Both the position numbers and the translations under genes were made by a program. Positions 13,831 to 28,087 of a stretch of 64,000 nucleotides of DNA are shown piece by piece (the stretch's first letter is position 1; the number at the start of each line of letters is the position of its first letter). Origin of the DNA: Eledone cirrhosa (taxonomy: Eukaryota); the NCBI GenBank assembly GCA_964016885.1, contig OZ024750.1:32240001-32304000 (forward strand), written 5' to 3'. The notes under the pieces were generated by a model. The model had not been told where the DNA came from and did no database searches. It saw nothing but the letters and a program-made list of their open reading frames with translations.

Positions 13831-14681
13831 GTTGATGGGGTTGTTGATGGTGGTTGTGGTTGGGGTGGTGGCGGTTTGTGGTCATGGTGATCCTAATTAT
13901 CACAATGATCGTATTTACTATGATTCTGTATTAAAGTAATTGATGAAGCTATTAAACACGTTTAGGGCGTATATTCCTAACAGTTACTTATCTGCAGAAT
14001 ATAAATGATAATACTGTAGAAGCTTATTTATTCCCATAAAACCAATAAATGATTGATGAGAATATTTACATTTGGAGAAAACTTGTATAATTATTATTGC
14101 ATTTGTTTATTATACATGTACACAAAGGCGTTCTGACACCATATCTTTAATGTATATATTACTAATTTAACGTAAGATTTCATTTAACCTTAACGAAATC
14201 CCTTGAGTTAGATGACAGTTGTATGGCAATAACTCAACTGTTATGTACATTAATTAGGTTTTAGGCGAGGGAATATCAATCTTCGTTATTTCTATTATCA
14301 CTATATCATTACTGTGGCTTTCCTTATCTTGCTCGCATGTTTTTTCTTATGTTTGTATAGTTTCACTTCTAAAAAATAATATCACCTTTAAATTTCCTTT
14401 TACGAAAAATACATAATATAAGTTGCATGACTCTGCATGTGTAACATTTATACAACTTATGTAATTTTTTCAAAATAACTGTAAAGAGAACACCATTATG
14501 CATTAGAAGTGATTTAATTTAATTTAATTTATAAATGTCAAGCATAATTTGCCATTACATTCTAACTGAAATATTATTTTATAATATACAGAAATAAGGA
14601 TTTCTGATTTAGACATAAGGGAAGCAACTTTGGTGCTTTAATGACTTTACCAATTTACATAAATATATCTATTTCTATCTA

Positions 14682-15074
14682 TCTATATATTACTAAAAGT
14701 CTGTGATTGATTGCTTGCTTATCTGTAATGTAATACAGCCAAAAGTGCGCATAATAATAAAATACTTTGAAAGGAAGTTGACCCTCAAATGGTAATACAA
14801 ATGGAATAAAACAAGTTTCGCTTACATGGGACCACGGGTTCCTGAGATATGGAATTTTTTTCCGGGTACTTTCATAAACAAAGAGAGAGAAAGATAGAGC
14901 GGAAGAGATAGTGGTTGTGTTAGAGTTGATTGAAAGAGAGATATAGAGAGAGGGAGAGGAGACAGAGAAGAAGAATGAAAGAGAGCTGATGGTGATGTTG
15001 TGTATATATATATATATGTGAGTGTGTGTGTGTGTCTATGAATAGTGCATATAGATCACAGACACCTATATATA

Positions 15075-15114
<40 letters not shown>

Positions 15115-15159
15115 CACACATACATATACATGTGTGTATATATATATATATACACACAC

Positions 15160-15225
<66 letters not shown>

Positions 15226-15356
15226 ATATATATGGGCCGTCCAGTTTCATTTCACATTATATATATGTCTGTGCATATTTTAATTATTCAAAAATGAATT
15301 TTAATAAGTGAACATGATTTAAAAAAGATATTTTGAACGGGTCACGGTTGGTCTAG
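14682..15356 (+). mobile_element. Non-autonomous Helitron
   Basis: a|TCtatatattactaaaag 5' end; GC-rich subterminal sequence then CTAG|t 3' end. Confidence 0.55.
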
Positions 15357-17207
15357 TTGTCATTAAATTTAACTTTTGTTTTAATACGATTCCCATTCAA
15401 AGCTACCAGATGTAAATCCCTTTATTTTTCTATTAAGACTAGAAATTAACAAATTTATAATCATAATGTTTCAATTATTCTGACTTTATTCAAAATTAAC
15501 TGTTAACATGTTCAATTAGAAGAACTTTTGACACAATATTTAATTAGTAAATCTAATATAACACACTTTAAATAAATTAAATATAAATGACCCTTAACTT
15601 GATGTTTTGGGTATTTCAAAAATGTCCGAGCACAATTTTCTCCGCCTCTGGACAGAGGTAATTTCTTTGAGAGAAAGAAACAATGAGAGCCCATGATAAA
15701 GAGAGCTAGATGAAGAACTGACGTCGGACGGATAAAAGGTAGAGTTGACCTCTGCAAGATTAGAGCTCAGCGAACACTGAACGAGAACAAATACCGAGAC
15801 ACCTTTAATACGACGCCATAGTGACTCTGACAATCTGCAACCCTATAACACAATTTACTTCTTGAAATAGTGGGTATGTATTCATGGGCAAGCATCGTCC
15901 TTACGAACATGGTTGGATATAGATCTTAGGGGGTTCGGGGCACTTCAGGTTTGGGGGGGGGGCTCATATACAAACACATATAATACCTCCCCCCCCCAAT
16001 TTTACATATCAAGGTTAGCTTGGTGCAAGTAATTGGAGTTGAAAAGTTATACATACAGGTATTAAATTCAAAAATTCTAACCAACCAAAATCTAAAGAGC
16101 CTAGCTGAGGGGACAAATAAATTCCCCACCCCAATAAACCGGCCCTTCTTACGAACGATGACAGATGAATACACACACACGCGCGCGCGTATGTGTATGT
16201 ATTTATATATAGATATATGCATATATATGTGTGTGTGTGTTTGTATGTGTGTGTATATATGTATTCTATGTATGGACGTGCACTTGGCTACATTCCAATA
16301 ACTGAAACCAGCAACAGAATAATCGAATATGTGTGTGTGTGTGTGTGTGTAGATCACAAGATGTATAATTCGATATTCCTATTCTGTCAACATGGCAGAA
16401 CTTTCTTCACTGTTGCATGTTAATAAGGGAAGCCATGACGTGGAACTATAAACGATTCGTGTATTTGGTATTAGCGTGTGGACAGACAGTATTAGAGATT
16501 GTATAAACACACATATGTATTCATATATAAATATTTATCTACACTCACAGGCACGCATATACAAATATACATTCATACGTATATATAATTACATATATTC
16601 ATATCTACATATATAAATGTATATCAACACATACAATTCCAGACATCATTTAATAGGAAAACATACTGTAGAGATTCAATATTATTCGGCATAAAATCAA
16701 TATTATATTCTGTAAATATATTTCTTAAAGTACAAGTGTGTTCAAAGCCCGTGTGAACACAAGACCTGTGTACTGCACTATATCTGCAATATGTGCTACT
16801 AATTAGGTTACTAATATCACAGAAGTGCAGAATTATATTTCAGCAAGTAAGACATCTTAAGATCTGTATTTTACCTGCGAAAAGAAGCAGAAAAGTAGCA
16901 GATTGCGTGCGCGATAATAATAGCTAAGTATAATCTATACGTTAAATAGATAGAAAATCGAATAAAATATATAGATTCAAGACAAAAAGAAAACAAAAAC
17001 AAAAACTAAACGAAAATGTATAGAAATTAGTCTCAAGAATTAATAAATTACAAATAGCACGAGTATGTTATTCTAAAAGTTCAGAATATCAATAGTGTGA
17101 ATATTTTAAATTATATCAACAAACTTTAAAATAAGATTAGATCAGGTAGTAACAATAATTAAATAGAGAACAAAGAGAAAAATGTACATAATGGTATTTA
17201 CACACTA

Positions 17208-17790
17208 ATAATTGTCTCTACGCTTAGCACAAGACCAGCAATTACCCTTGTGCATTACTGGTACATTATTTTATCGACCCCGTAAGGATGAAAGGCAAAG
17301 TTAACCTCGGCGGGGTTTGAACTTAGACTGTAAACGGCCGTAACTCTATGCTGCAAAACATGGCATCTGACCCTCTTACCGTAACTCTATGCTGCAAAAC
17401 ATGGCGTACGACCCTCTGACCGTAACTCTATGCTGCAAAACATGGCGTACGACCCTCTGACCGTAACTCTATGCTGCAAAACATGGCGTCTGACCCTTTG
17501 ACCGTAGCTCTATGCTGCAAAACATGGCGTCTGACCCTCTTACCGTAACTCTATGCTGCAAAACATGGCATCTGACCCTTTGACCGTAACTCTATGCTGA
17601 AAAACATGGCATCTGACCCTCTTACCGTAATTCTATTCTGCAAAACCTGGCGTCTGACCCTCTGACCGTAACTCTATGCTGCAAAACATGGCATCTGACC
17701 CTCTTACCGTAACTCTATGCTGCAAAACATGGCGTCTGACCCTCTGACCGTAACTCTATGCTATAAAGTATGGTGTCCGACGTCATACCG
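17208..17790 (-). mobile_element. Dominant SINE with an internal 41-bp unit amplified about 11 times (17338-17785)
   Basis: Unit ccgtaactctatgctgcaaaacatggcgtctgaccctctga at 41-bp spacing. Confidence 0.9.
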
Positions 17791-17799
17791 ATACTTGCA

Positions 17800-18002
17800 A
17801 TCCACCGCCTTTTTCCTCACTAATTATAGTATATAAAACTACTTATACACTTATAATAGTGTACCATAGTACTTACACACTAACTATAGTGTACAATACT
17901 ATTTACACACTTGCTATGATATTACTCAAAAAGTAGCCATAGAATGTAATAGTTATACGCTAGCTATAGTATGTAATAGTACTTAGAGACTAGCTATAGA
18001 CT
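17800..18002. repeat. Degenerate about 30-bp minisatellite (acttacacactaactatagtgtacaatagt)
   Basis: Several diverged units, interrupted by SINEs. Confidence 0.55.
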
Positions 18003-18405
18003 ATAATTGTTTCTACTTTTGGCACAAGGCCAGCAACTACCCAGTACATTACTGGTACTTTATTTTATCGACCCCGTAAGGATTAAATGCAAATTTAACC
18101 TCGGCAGGATTTGAACTCAAACCGAAAAGGGGCGTAACTCTGTAAAGCATGGCGTCCAACTCTCTACCGATACTGACAATATATACTAGACTAGCAATAT
18201 TATATAATACTACTAAGGGCGTTGAATTGGCAGTATTGGTAGAGGGTCGGACGCCATGCTTTGACGTATAGAGTTACGGCCCTTGCCTTTCTGAGTTCAA
18301 ATCCCGCCAAGGTTAACTTTGCCTTTGATCCTTACGGGGTCGATAAAATAAAGTACCAGTAATGCACTGGGTAATTGCTGGCCTTGTGCCTAACGTTGAC
18401 ACAAA
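18003..18405. mobile_element. Head-to-head pair of dominant SINEs (18003-18180 minus; 18217-18405 plus)
   Basis: Plus copy flanked by TSD aatattatataatactact. Confidence 0.85.
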
Positions 18406-19744
18406 TATTATATAATACTACTTAGATACTAGCAAAACTGTAAAATACATTTTATATTGCAGATGGCTGGCGAATGAAACAGATGACAAGTGAACATCAT
18501 GTAAATATAGTTTTTGTTGATGTTGTTGGTGCTGCATCTCACGACTATCAAACTTGTGATGAAATATATTAACGCAATGACAATACTGTTTTCTTTTAAC
18601 TAGAGAACTACAGCGTCCAATGTATTTTGCCTGAGTTCATGACAATAAAAGATAATATATTTATTCCTTTGTATGTTTAAATGCTTTCAGATTCTTACTA
18701 TTAATACTTTCATAAGTAAATCTAATCCACATGCCACCACCAGAAATGAAACTAGGATGTTATTTCAAAGAGATGCTAGTTTTAGAAGTTTCAGTGACCG
18801 AAGAGATTCACACTAGTTTTATGTAAAAGTAGATAAAATTTTAAAAATATATTTAAGTTAAGACAGAAACGATGGACTCTGGAAATTTGAGTTCATTTTA
18901 ACATATGTATAACGATGGCCATTCTATGACCATTCACATACTCTATTAGTCAGGATTACTAAACTATCAAATATAATTTGGTTCAATATATTTGGAGATT
19001 AAGAAACCTGTGTATTTTTAGAAACAACAGGGAATGGAAAATCCGAAAATCAATGTTGGCATTTACATACCTGCATGGCCAGCATTATAGACTTTCAAAA
19101 TAACCTCCACAAAATTTAGTTGTTGCAATATCTTCCTTTCTATTTAATATACCAGCTTAAGTAGCTAAGTTAATCCGATGTTTCCGAGGTCAACTAATCC
19201 ATAAATACCCGAAAATAGTACTCAGATCAGTGTTGTAAAGATGCAACAAACGTAGTTGAAGTTCAATGCGTTTTCCGTTGCGATATAGCTGTATCATATA
19301 ATACATGTTGTCACTCCTTCGAAACTATAGCTTTGAGTTTACAAAACAAGAAAGCAGCCTTATGATCTGCAAGTTTTCTGTATTAATTTCATATTCCAAG
19401 GATCAAACACCGAACCAGTGCATTTTCTACATGATGCTGTGTCAAAAGAAGAGTGTGTGTTTGCTACTTGTACCGGTGTTGCTGTGGTATAATGTTTTGT
19501 TCATTCGTTCACTACTTTGCACGCCTACCCTGTTTGTAACACCGTATTGGGTCCAATATAAAGCTGTATAATTCTGCTGAAATATCATGGATGGTTGAAT
19601 ATGAAACCGATGCAAGTTTATTTCTTTTCATTATATTATGTAGAGATCAGTTCTTTCATGTCGGTTCCTCAAAGGTGTCAGTTACAAAACTTGGCTAGAT
19701 ATGGTTCCACCACAGCTGAACACATTGCTGTCCTTTCTCATTAA

Positions 19745-19878
19745 ACTATACCAAGTCCAATGCTGTGCAGGGGTGTTCCAGCAGGGGGAGTATCAGGATG
19801 TGCTGCATAGGCTGTGGTTCGATGCCGCAGTCGCACACAACGTCCCCATCCTTTAAATATCCCCATTTTGCAAGATAT
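19745..19878 (-). mobile_element. I-group (Ingi/Vingi-like) LINE C-terminal Zn-knuckle remnant
   Basis: Translates YLAKWGYLKDGDVVCDCGIEPQPMQHILILPLLEHPCTALDLV*. Confidence 0.55.
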
Positions 19879-21354
19879 ATCGAGAATGTAATAACATGCG
19901 GAGGCAGACTAAAAACGATTAAAATGAAATTATGGTAGTTTTTTTTATATGGTTTTATAAAGAATATATAATACTAAGCATGTGAAAAGTGAAATTGTAT
20001 GCATTCAGTTTTACTTGAATAGTATTTCTTCGAAAAGCATTTTTCGAGAACAGTTGCTATCGTCGGGAATGTTTTAAATTGTGAACATTATTACCAATGC
20101 CTAAATCCCGTGAGTAATGAGGGTTTTTAAAAATAAAACTAACACAATTTTAAATTACACACACACTCCCTTTCTTTCCGTTCTTCTCTCGGTTTTTAAG
20201 AACAGACTCAAAATTTTGTATAATGAAAAAGTCACTTTGGAAATAATTATTTACTTTCTTCATTCATCTTCATTTCAAATATAAAAATATATCTTTTTCA
20301 CTTTTATGAATTTAGAAATAAACAACAAATGTGCCTTCTAGGCATAATAGGTTGATGAAAAGGAAATAGTTTCTCTTCAAAATTACATTTCACTCAAACA
20401 AAAAGGAAATGTTTCTTGAAGTCATAATTAGTGGATCGATTTTGAATGCAAAAGAAAAACGTTGAGACAAAATTAAGCAACTGCTTGCATTTGGAACGGT
20501 TTCTTTTAAGAAAAAAAAACAAAGAAAAACAACAAAATAATTAGTATTGAGAACGAAATCAATAGATGCGTATCTTTTGATCTCGTTTCAAATTTTCAAT
20601 TATCATCTGTTTTCTATCATATGTTGTCACTGCTAATATTTCGTTCACGCTCTATATCTTTACTTCCACATTCATTCAAACAATAATAATTGTGCATTAA
20701 CAGTAGATTTTCATTGATAATTCCTTTCGTATTTAATAAGTTATCACGGTTATCTGACCATATGCCTCATACGACATTTCGTTTAAGTTTTATCACATAT
20801 TTAGTGGCGTGGTAATTTCCTAAGATCGTCAGATGCTCCGCATAACCTTACATTAGATTATGTGTGTGTCTGTGTGTATTTAAATGTGTACCTAAGTGTG
20901 TGTGATTTTAGTTGTTATCAAGAACCACTTTTCTATACCATAATGTCTATTGCAACAAATTTACCTTAATGATATGCATCAGTCCAGTAATCACGTATAA
21001 CAGCTTGGTGTAAAAGAGATGATTTCTGCTTAAATTAAATTGTCGCCGCGAGAGCAACCACTCAGCAGTTTGAAGACTAATCCTCGGATGACTGAATAAT
21101 AAAACAGAAAATGAAGAGTGAACAAGACACATTCATCAAGCTGTTATATATGAACAACCAACTGATTGCCGGTAATCCAAGCAAGTTTACTAATTTTCTG
21201 GCCGTAAACAATTCCAATCCAGTAAGAGTCATTATTTGTGGAACGTCTGTGAAATGGAGAATTGTATTAGCAAAGAGGTGAAGGGTTACACTCAGATCTA
21301 GTTATTTATCTAGTTGTCTATCGAAAAAGGTTTTGCTTCTCTCTTTTGTACCCC

Positions 21355-21390
<36 letters not shown>

Positions 21391-21527
21391 GTGGGCGGGT
21401 GATTATAAAAGACAGAGGTGCTGTTTATAAAACTCTGTTCTGTTTTTAAGAGAAGAAGCCTACAGATACGATGGTGACAGACATACATATCAAATTAACA
21501 TCAAATGCATATAGCGTATAATTTTCC

Positions 21528-22500
21528 TTTTGGAGTTAAAACAATCATTAGTACCGTAACCTTTAAATTACCAATTTTCATTCATGATTCACTAATATAA
21601 AACTATTGAAGAAGTGAAATTTGGGTTAATTTGTTTCTATCTAAATGAAATAACCGCTTTGTTTATTTGATATTGGGCCAATCCTAATGAGGTCTTGCCA
21701 GATAAGGCATTTTCACGCTAATGAAAAATCGGTTTCTTGGTTAATTATGCAGAAAACTTACAGAAACATAAGCACTGGAACGGCTCGTTATCCTATCAAT
21801 AGCGTACAGAATCATGGCAACTAACGAGGAATTATTTCCACTGGTATTACAGCAAAGTCTAATATCAGTTTGTGCAAAGAAACGTAGCTATTTTATTAAC
21901 TATATCATGAAATTGTGCAGAACATTAGTAACAGGATAATTTTAAAATTAAATTTCATATTAACTGGAAAGTTTAAGAAAGCAATTGGATTATCAATGGG
22001 AGAAATGACAGTATAAAGTAAAGTTTTTACCCCAAAATCAATAAAAACTATTTTTTCAGCATCAGCATTCTGATTTATGGAATAACAGTTCTCTGAAGTT
22101 TAATCGAATTTTAATCTTAACTCATTTATTCGAAGGCGTGCGACACGTACGGTTATATAATGTATGAACAATAATAGATTGTCATGAAGATCCTCGTCCT
22201 CTAAAGTTAACATAAATCATAGTCTGTTATTGATAGAATAATGAGCTGTTCCAGTGATAAGGCTTCTGTAAAGTTATGCCTAATTAGTCAAGAAAATGAT
22301 TTTCCATTAGCGTGAAAATGCCTTACCTAACATGATCTCATTAAGAGTGACCCAATATCAAGCAAACAAAGCGATTATTTCATTTAGATAGAAACAAATT
22401 ACCCCGAATTTCGCGTCTTCAATATGTTTATATTAGCGAATCAAGAATGAAGATTGGTAATTAAAAGATTACGGAATTAGTGGTTGTTTTAAAGCCAAAA
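21528..22500. mobile_element. Old long-TIR (foldback/MITE-like) element
   Basis: Diverged inverted arms about 21528-21806 and 22222-22500 (e.g. aatttgtttctatctaaatgaaataa / ttatttcatttagatagaaacaaatt). Confidence 0.7.
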
Positions 22501-23757
22501 TGATATTAGTTATTTTGAAATTATCAATACACTGAACTTACAAAGGCTTCACTTTTAGATTACAATAACATTTTTACATTTAAAGAACGTATAAAATAAA
22601 AACGTTTTAGGCAAAGTTTACAACCGAGAATTTAAAGAAACATGATATTCAGTTTTAGTTGGTGTCAAAATTGTATATGATTAACACTTCATTAAATGAC
22701 TTGGTGTCTACATATAATTGGACTGTTAGTGGCAAAATAAACATGACACACCACCTGTGACAAAAACATTTATTTCAATCGAATTGCGAATTAAATCTTT
22801 CATGATATATACTAATTTGATAAAAATAAAATATAGTAATTTGAAGCTGACCTATATTTTATCACGTGAATATAATCTAATACATTTTATAACATTATTT
22901 CTTTCTTTAATCAAATTATAAATCAAGAGTATAATTTCAACTCTTGCGAAATAATTCTTCAAGTATAAATGACTTAAAATTGTACTGTTGGTGACCTTAT
23001 AATTATTTAAGAAATTAGATTAGTTTTTTCAAGAGATAGCGTGTTACCAAAGTAAGTCTACTAGACCTGCAATATATAACATCTTATTAAGTATAGCATG
23101 ACTAACGCGATGAGTAGATAAATGATTCTCAGATTATTGAAACACATCGTTAGATAATTTTTACTCACATCAAAAATGTTCATGTATTCCACCATTCAAC
23201 AGAAAAAACCTGTTGGAATGCAGCCATACTATGACACAGGCTTCAAGATTTTAGTTAATTATATTTTTTTCAGGTACGTACCTACTTGCTTGCTATTTCT
23301 AAACACACAGACACAGGCACACATACATACATACATACATACATACATACATACATACATACATACATACATACATACATGGAACAGTAAAAATATGTAA
23401 AACATTCCAAAAATGTTGCATCTAATAACTGCATATACACATGTACAGATACAAAGCATATACACATGCACACATACAACTCAAAACATACACATCCACA
23501 CATAACATCCATATCTACACACGCATGCACTCAGACGTACATACATATCTACCTAGTTGATGTTGTGTAAATTCCAATGAGAGAGTATTGTGTCTATGTT
23601 AGAAACCGACTCTCTCTCTATTGGTAAAACCTTGTGAAATTATAAAACCAGAAGAACATACATACATATCTCCAAAGAAATACGGTTTTACACAGACGAG
23701 AAAAGTATATATATTGTCGCCTGTCTTCTAGTCCAGCAGTCGCAAGCGGTGGGAGGG

Positions 23758-23801
23758 ACCGTCCTGACGAAGGCCAGTTAAGCCTGAAATGCATAGACGG
23801 T
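23758..23801 (+). ncRNA. Intact minimal type I hammerhead ribozyme
   Basis: accgtc CTGACGA aggc cagttaa gcct GAAAT gc ATA gacggt; stem I extends (gtggga/tcccac, gtccagcag/ctgctggac). Confidence 0.85.
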
Positions 23802-24380
23802 TGTCCCACTTGATTCTGCTGGACATGGCCAGAGGGCGATAACCCCCCGGTGTTTGCATAGCTATGGCTTCCTAAAACCGTATTTCTTTGGAGATACGAA
23901 ATATTTATACATATTGTTTAAAGCTATGCTTGAAGCGAAATCCTATTTCTTTTATATAATTATATATAAATATATAAATATAGTTTGTTGTTGAAAGAAT
24001 GTAATAAAAGCAAAGGAAAAACGAGCTGTAAAAAATATTTTGTTGTTAAAATTATGTGATAAAGGCCTAAAGTGGTAAAATAAGAGAGAATGTTCAGGAA
24101 AAGATGAAGTCAAGAATTGAATAATATTAAAATAAGTGTGAAATAAATTAAAATAAAATAAGAGAGATTGTTAAAGGTAAAATTAATGGAAAAGAAGAAA
24201 TGAAAAAAATAGGTGTAATTATAAGTGTTGAATGTGTGATAAAGGTCCATTGTGTTTAAAGTATGAAAGAGTGTTCAAGGTGTAATATATGATAAGTGTT
24301 GAATGTGTGAAGAGGAGAGAGTGTTCAAGGTGAGTAAGTGTCCCAAATGGTGTTTATATACCGAGAAAGGATGTGAGTTC

Positions 24381-24590
24381 TTATATGTGGGTAAATTTGA
24401 ATATCTCAGAATTAGAGTTAAGACAAGTGTTAGGAGATTTCAGATTCTGTAGAATTCTATATTTTTCTGTTACGCACAAGGTACACCTTCTTGTGCCTTT
24501 AACATATTCTTTTGATTGGTCTAAGATAGACAAATCAATTTCAAATGGGGCCCCACGCTCTTTCATCTCCAATATTCTATTTGCCAGCGC
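24381..24590 (-). mobile_element. Penelope-like element ORF C-terminus (GIY-YIG region), 5'-truncated at a TA run
   Basis: SIL....Y..GTRRCTLCVTEKYRI......LNSNSEI resembles the PLE C.LC..EK..I...LN...E motif. Confidence 0.7.
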
Positions 24591-27049
24591 CGTAGTTTTC
24601 TTTATATATATATATATATATATATATGTTTATTTATATAATGTGGCTGTGTGCAGTTGTATATATGTATATATATGTGTGGTTATTTGCGTGTATTCAT
24701 TTGTAATTTTGCATGCTCTTAGCTGCTTAACACTTCTAGTGGTCATATGTATCCATTTGTAGTTTTGCGTATGTAACTGTATTGTTGTGTAAATCTATGT
24801 GTGTGTGTGTGTGTGCGTGTGTGTGTGTTCGCGTATGTATGTTTTCGCAGACTAGTGTGTCTGTGCCATATATACATATATGTATACATGCATGTATATA
24901 TGCATGTATATGTGTATATATATATCCATGTGATATATGTGCGTGTGTATATGCTTTTGTATATCTCTAGGTCTCCTGTCGGTGATCTTTATATATAAAA
25001 TCTGTCCAGCGATTCTCTTCTGAGACATTCGGATCACGTGTACCTGAGTTGCGATCTCTCGATGTAGAAATGTCGCGTCTCTACCTAGCGTAACTCTAAT
25101 CTCCGAGCTACGCATTCTACCGAGTAATTTTACGCCAAAGACACTTCAAAGGACCCCAGTTTCAGCAGCCTATATTTGTGATTGTATTCATTGACTCATT
25201 ACCCAATATTCATGACCATAGTTCAGGCTTGACATGAATACCGAATTGAAGGTAGTGAGTTTGGGTTTTACATCTACTTGCCTTCTGATTACCAAATGAT
25301 GAAGCTGGTGCATTACTGCCCCAGCTGAATATATATATGAAATATGATTATGTTATAGGTTTTGTCAATTCTAATGTCTCCTGTTATTCAGTATCATATT
25401 TCTTCGATAATTATTAAGGATGGAACTCTAGAAAACCAACAATAAATAACATTTTAAACATATTTATATATTCTTCTTCCTGAGAGGGTCATGGAAGTAG
25501 AGTCCGGAAACACTCTCTCCAGGTCCTGTCACAAGTAACCCACTCCAACTGATCCGACTTGATCTCCAACAGATTTATCACGTTTAAAAATATAAACTTA
25601 AAATGACTGAAACGGATAGCTTTCTACATCAAATTCTAAAGTGTTTAAATATGTGTAGTTTTTTAAACATCGCATAAAATAGGATAGTGGTATATGTTGA
25701 ATAGTATCTTAGCAACAGTATATGGGAAAGAGATTTAAAGGTTATTTTCTTCCTTTATGTTTAAAAGGAATACAAATGGAAGGAGAAAATCACTATAAAA
25801 AGTGAAAATAAAAATTTGCTTTTAACATTAGTTACAAAAATTATATTTCTGATTTTACCGAATGCGTTCCTTTGTGACTGAATTAGAAACGATTTCTTAT
25901 AGCAATATATTTTATCGCCAACAATAGTTACGTGCATGCCATAAAAAAAGGAATTCTTTTTCTACTCTCTACTTTACACATTTAATCATATTATATAGTT
26001 CTCCAATTGCATGTTCTTTTGTAATTGGGGTTCTATATACCGCTTTATTTTGATGCGTTCGTTATGCAGACACAAAAACAAGCTCACGTGTAACTTTGAC
26101 GTAGTCAAGCGACCTACTAGACATTGCAACAAAATACCCTTATAATAAAGAGAACGTTGCTGTTTTCCAAAACAGAAAGGGCAATACATATATGTATGTT
26201 TATGACTGAATGTTCACGGCTAGAGTATTTTCCCTTGCTGTCCTGCCCGATCAGAGGTGAGCGGGGTTATAATAACAGCAACAGTAACAAAGTCAGCAAA
26301 CCGGTATGAGTGATCGATTTAAGAAAGTAAAATAATTAAATGTTGTCAAACACTTCAACGTGGAGATAAAATCTGATGCAAAAAAATGGCTTCTTAAATG
26401 GCTTCTACTCAGATATCAAATACTTGAGTTAAGTAAGCCACCCATGATAATTCCCCTTCTTAAACCAAGAAAATCTCCATCAAAAGCATAAAATATCCTC
26501 GTTAGTTACACTTACAAACATATCTTGCGATTAATCCCGAATGCTACCTGACTTGTTATTGGATAGACCTCTACAAAAAAAATCATGTCTTATCCCCGTC
26601 AATTAAGTTCGGGCCAACTGTTTTATCTTAATATATATATAGAGTGTTGGATAATGACGAAGTTTGTTGATGTCTCTGCGGCTTACAATAGGGTTAATAA
26701 TTGCTTCTTCCTAAAAAGATATACTATTTAAATTACATTGAAATTAAGCGGCTAATCGGTGCTATGATAGGAAATTAAAGCTACTCTCTGTGAAATGAAC
26801 ATCACACAGAGATGCACACGAAAAATTACAAAACGCTCTCTTTCATTATTGACTGCTTTGTTGTTCAACATCAACTCACATGATTCACCGAATATGATAG
26901 AAGCAATGATCTTCTCTATGCCTATCACATCAGGTAACAGGTTTATATGAACATTCTTTTTCGACTTCATCTTTTCATATTCAGAATGACTAACCAGTTT
27001 GTCATTCTGAATATGAAAATCCCATTCAATATTTGTAAAGTCTGTCTCG

Positions 27050-27215
27050 AGGTTCATCAACTTGGTGCTTATCCCGGTTTCCGTGGCGTTAAGTGACGTA
27101 CACGTCTCCCCTTTCCCCTTGGGTAGGATGCGAGTCCATAGCAAGCTTAAACCCTCAGCTATTGCAGGTACTCATGTTCAACTGAGTATTCTGGATCAAC
27201 GTGAAATGAAGACTA
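27050..27215 (-). mobile_element. 3' part of a tRNA-derived SINE (CORE plus conserved downstream domain)
   Basis: ggtactcatgttcaactgagt..tggatcaacgtgaaatgaag; shares the CORE edge with 3180-3410. Confidence 0.5.
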
Positions 27216-28006
27216 GGAGATATCTAGTACTACTTACATTTAATAATTAAAAACAGATAGACAGACAGATAAATAAAGGGAAAGTGGCGAAAAGCAAAAT
27301 AAAATAAGACAAAAATAGTAAAGCATGAGCAGACTATTAGGCAGCTCTAAGTTTCTTTTGTTGAATCTTTCCGTAACCTGCTGATACTGACACAAAAGCA
27401 ACTTGTCAACATATGAACGGCAATTTTATAACGAATATAATTTACAACATTTTATTTCTTATTTTTTCCTATATATATATATTTTTTTATTATTTCATTT
27501 CTTTCTGACTTTTTCTAACCATACGCTTATAATTAATTTAATACTTTTAATTTTCATTTATATATTTTTCTCTATATATAATTTCTTTTGCAAGATTCTT
27601 GATCTGAAATCGTGTGTTGAAACAAAGGTTTTTTTTCTTTAAATATAATTTGGTGGATCATATTGTCAATGTATGACAATCTCTCTATATATTTGGTATT
27701 TCTATCTGATTATAATTGTATGCTTACCCTTATTTCATTACCCATTATTTTAAATGTTATCCTATTCGTTTATATAACCACTTCACTCAATGTATATTAA
27801 ATGATGTTATCCTTTGTTTATTAATTCATTGAATTTTACTACATCATATATCTCCTTTCACCTTGATATCCACCTTCCCCATATACACGATCAGTGTTAT
27901 CACAGTATGTGGCCACAGCTCGCACGTAAGTGTTGTCGTAACCGTACCTATAGGCAGATCGGATGTCTTACACAAACAGATGAACATATTTCGATTCTGA
28001 ATTTCT

Positions 28007-28087
28007 ATGCGTCTGATGAGCAAAGTGAGACCAGATTTAAAGCCAATCGTAATCGAGCCGATCATTTGAGAAACATGTGTTACGTGT
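28007..28087 (+). ncRNA. Type I hammerhead ribozyme
   Basis: atgcgt CTGATGA g caaagtga...tcatttg a GAAAC atgt GTT acgtgt. Confidence 0.7.

Noticed and set aside
15895-16160. Possible MITE with 15-bp imperfect TIRs (catcgtccttacgaa / ttcttacgaacgatg)
   Set aside because: Three mismatches, no clear TSD, single copy in the window
17338-17785. CRISPR-like appearance of the 41-bp array (also the 37-bp and 30-bp arrays)
   Set aside because: Head-to-tail tandem units with no unique spacers; eukaryotic context
26752-27045. Minus-strand ORF with EYEKMK...AVNNERERFV, faintly transposase-like
   Set aside because: Similarity too weak to call; the ORF start lies within a SINE
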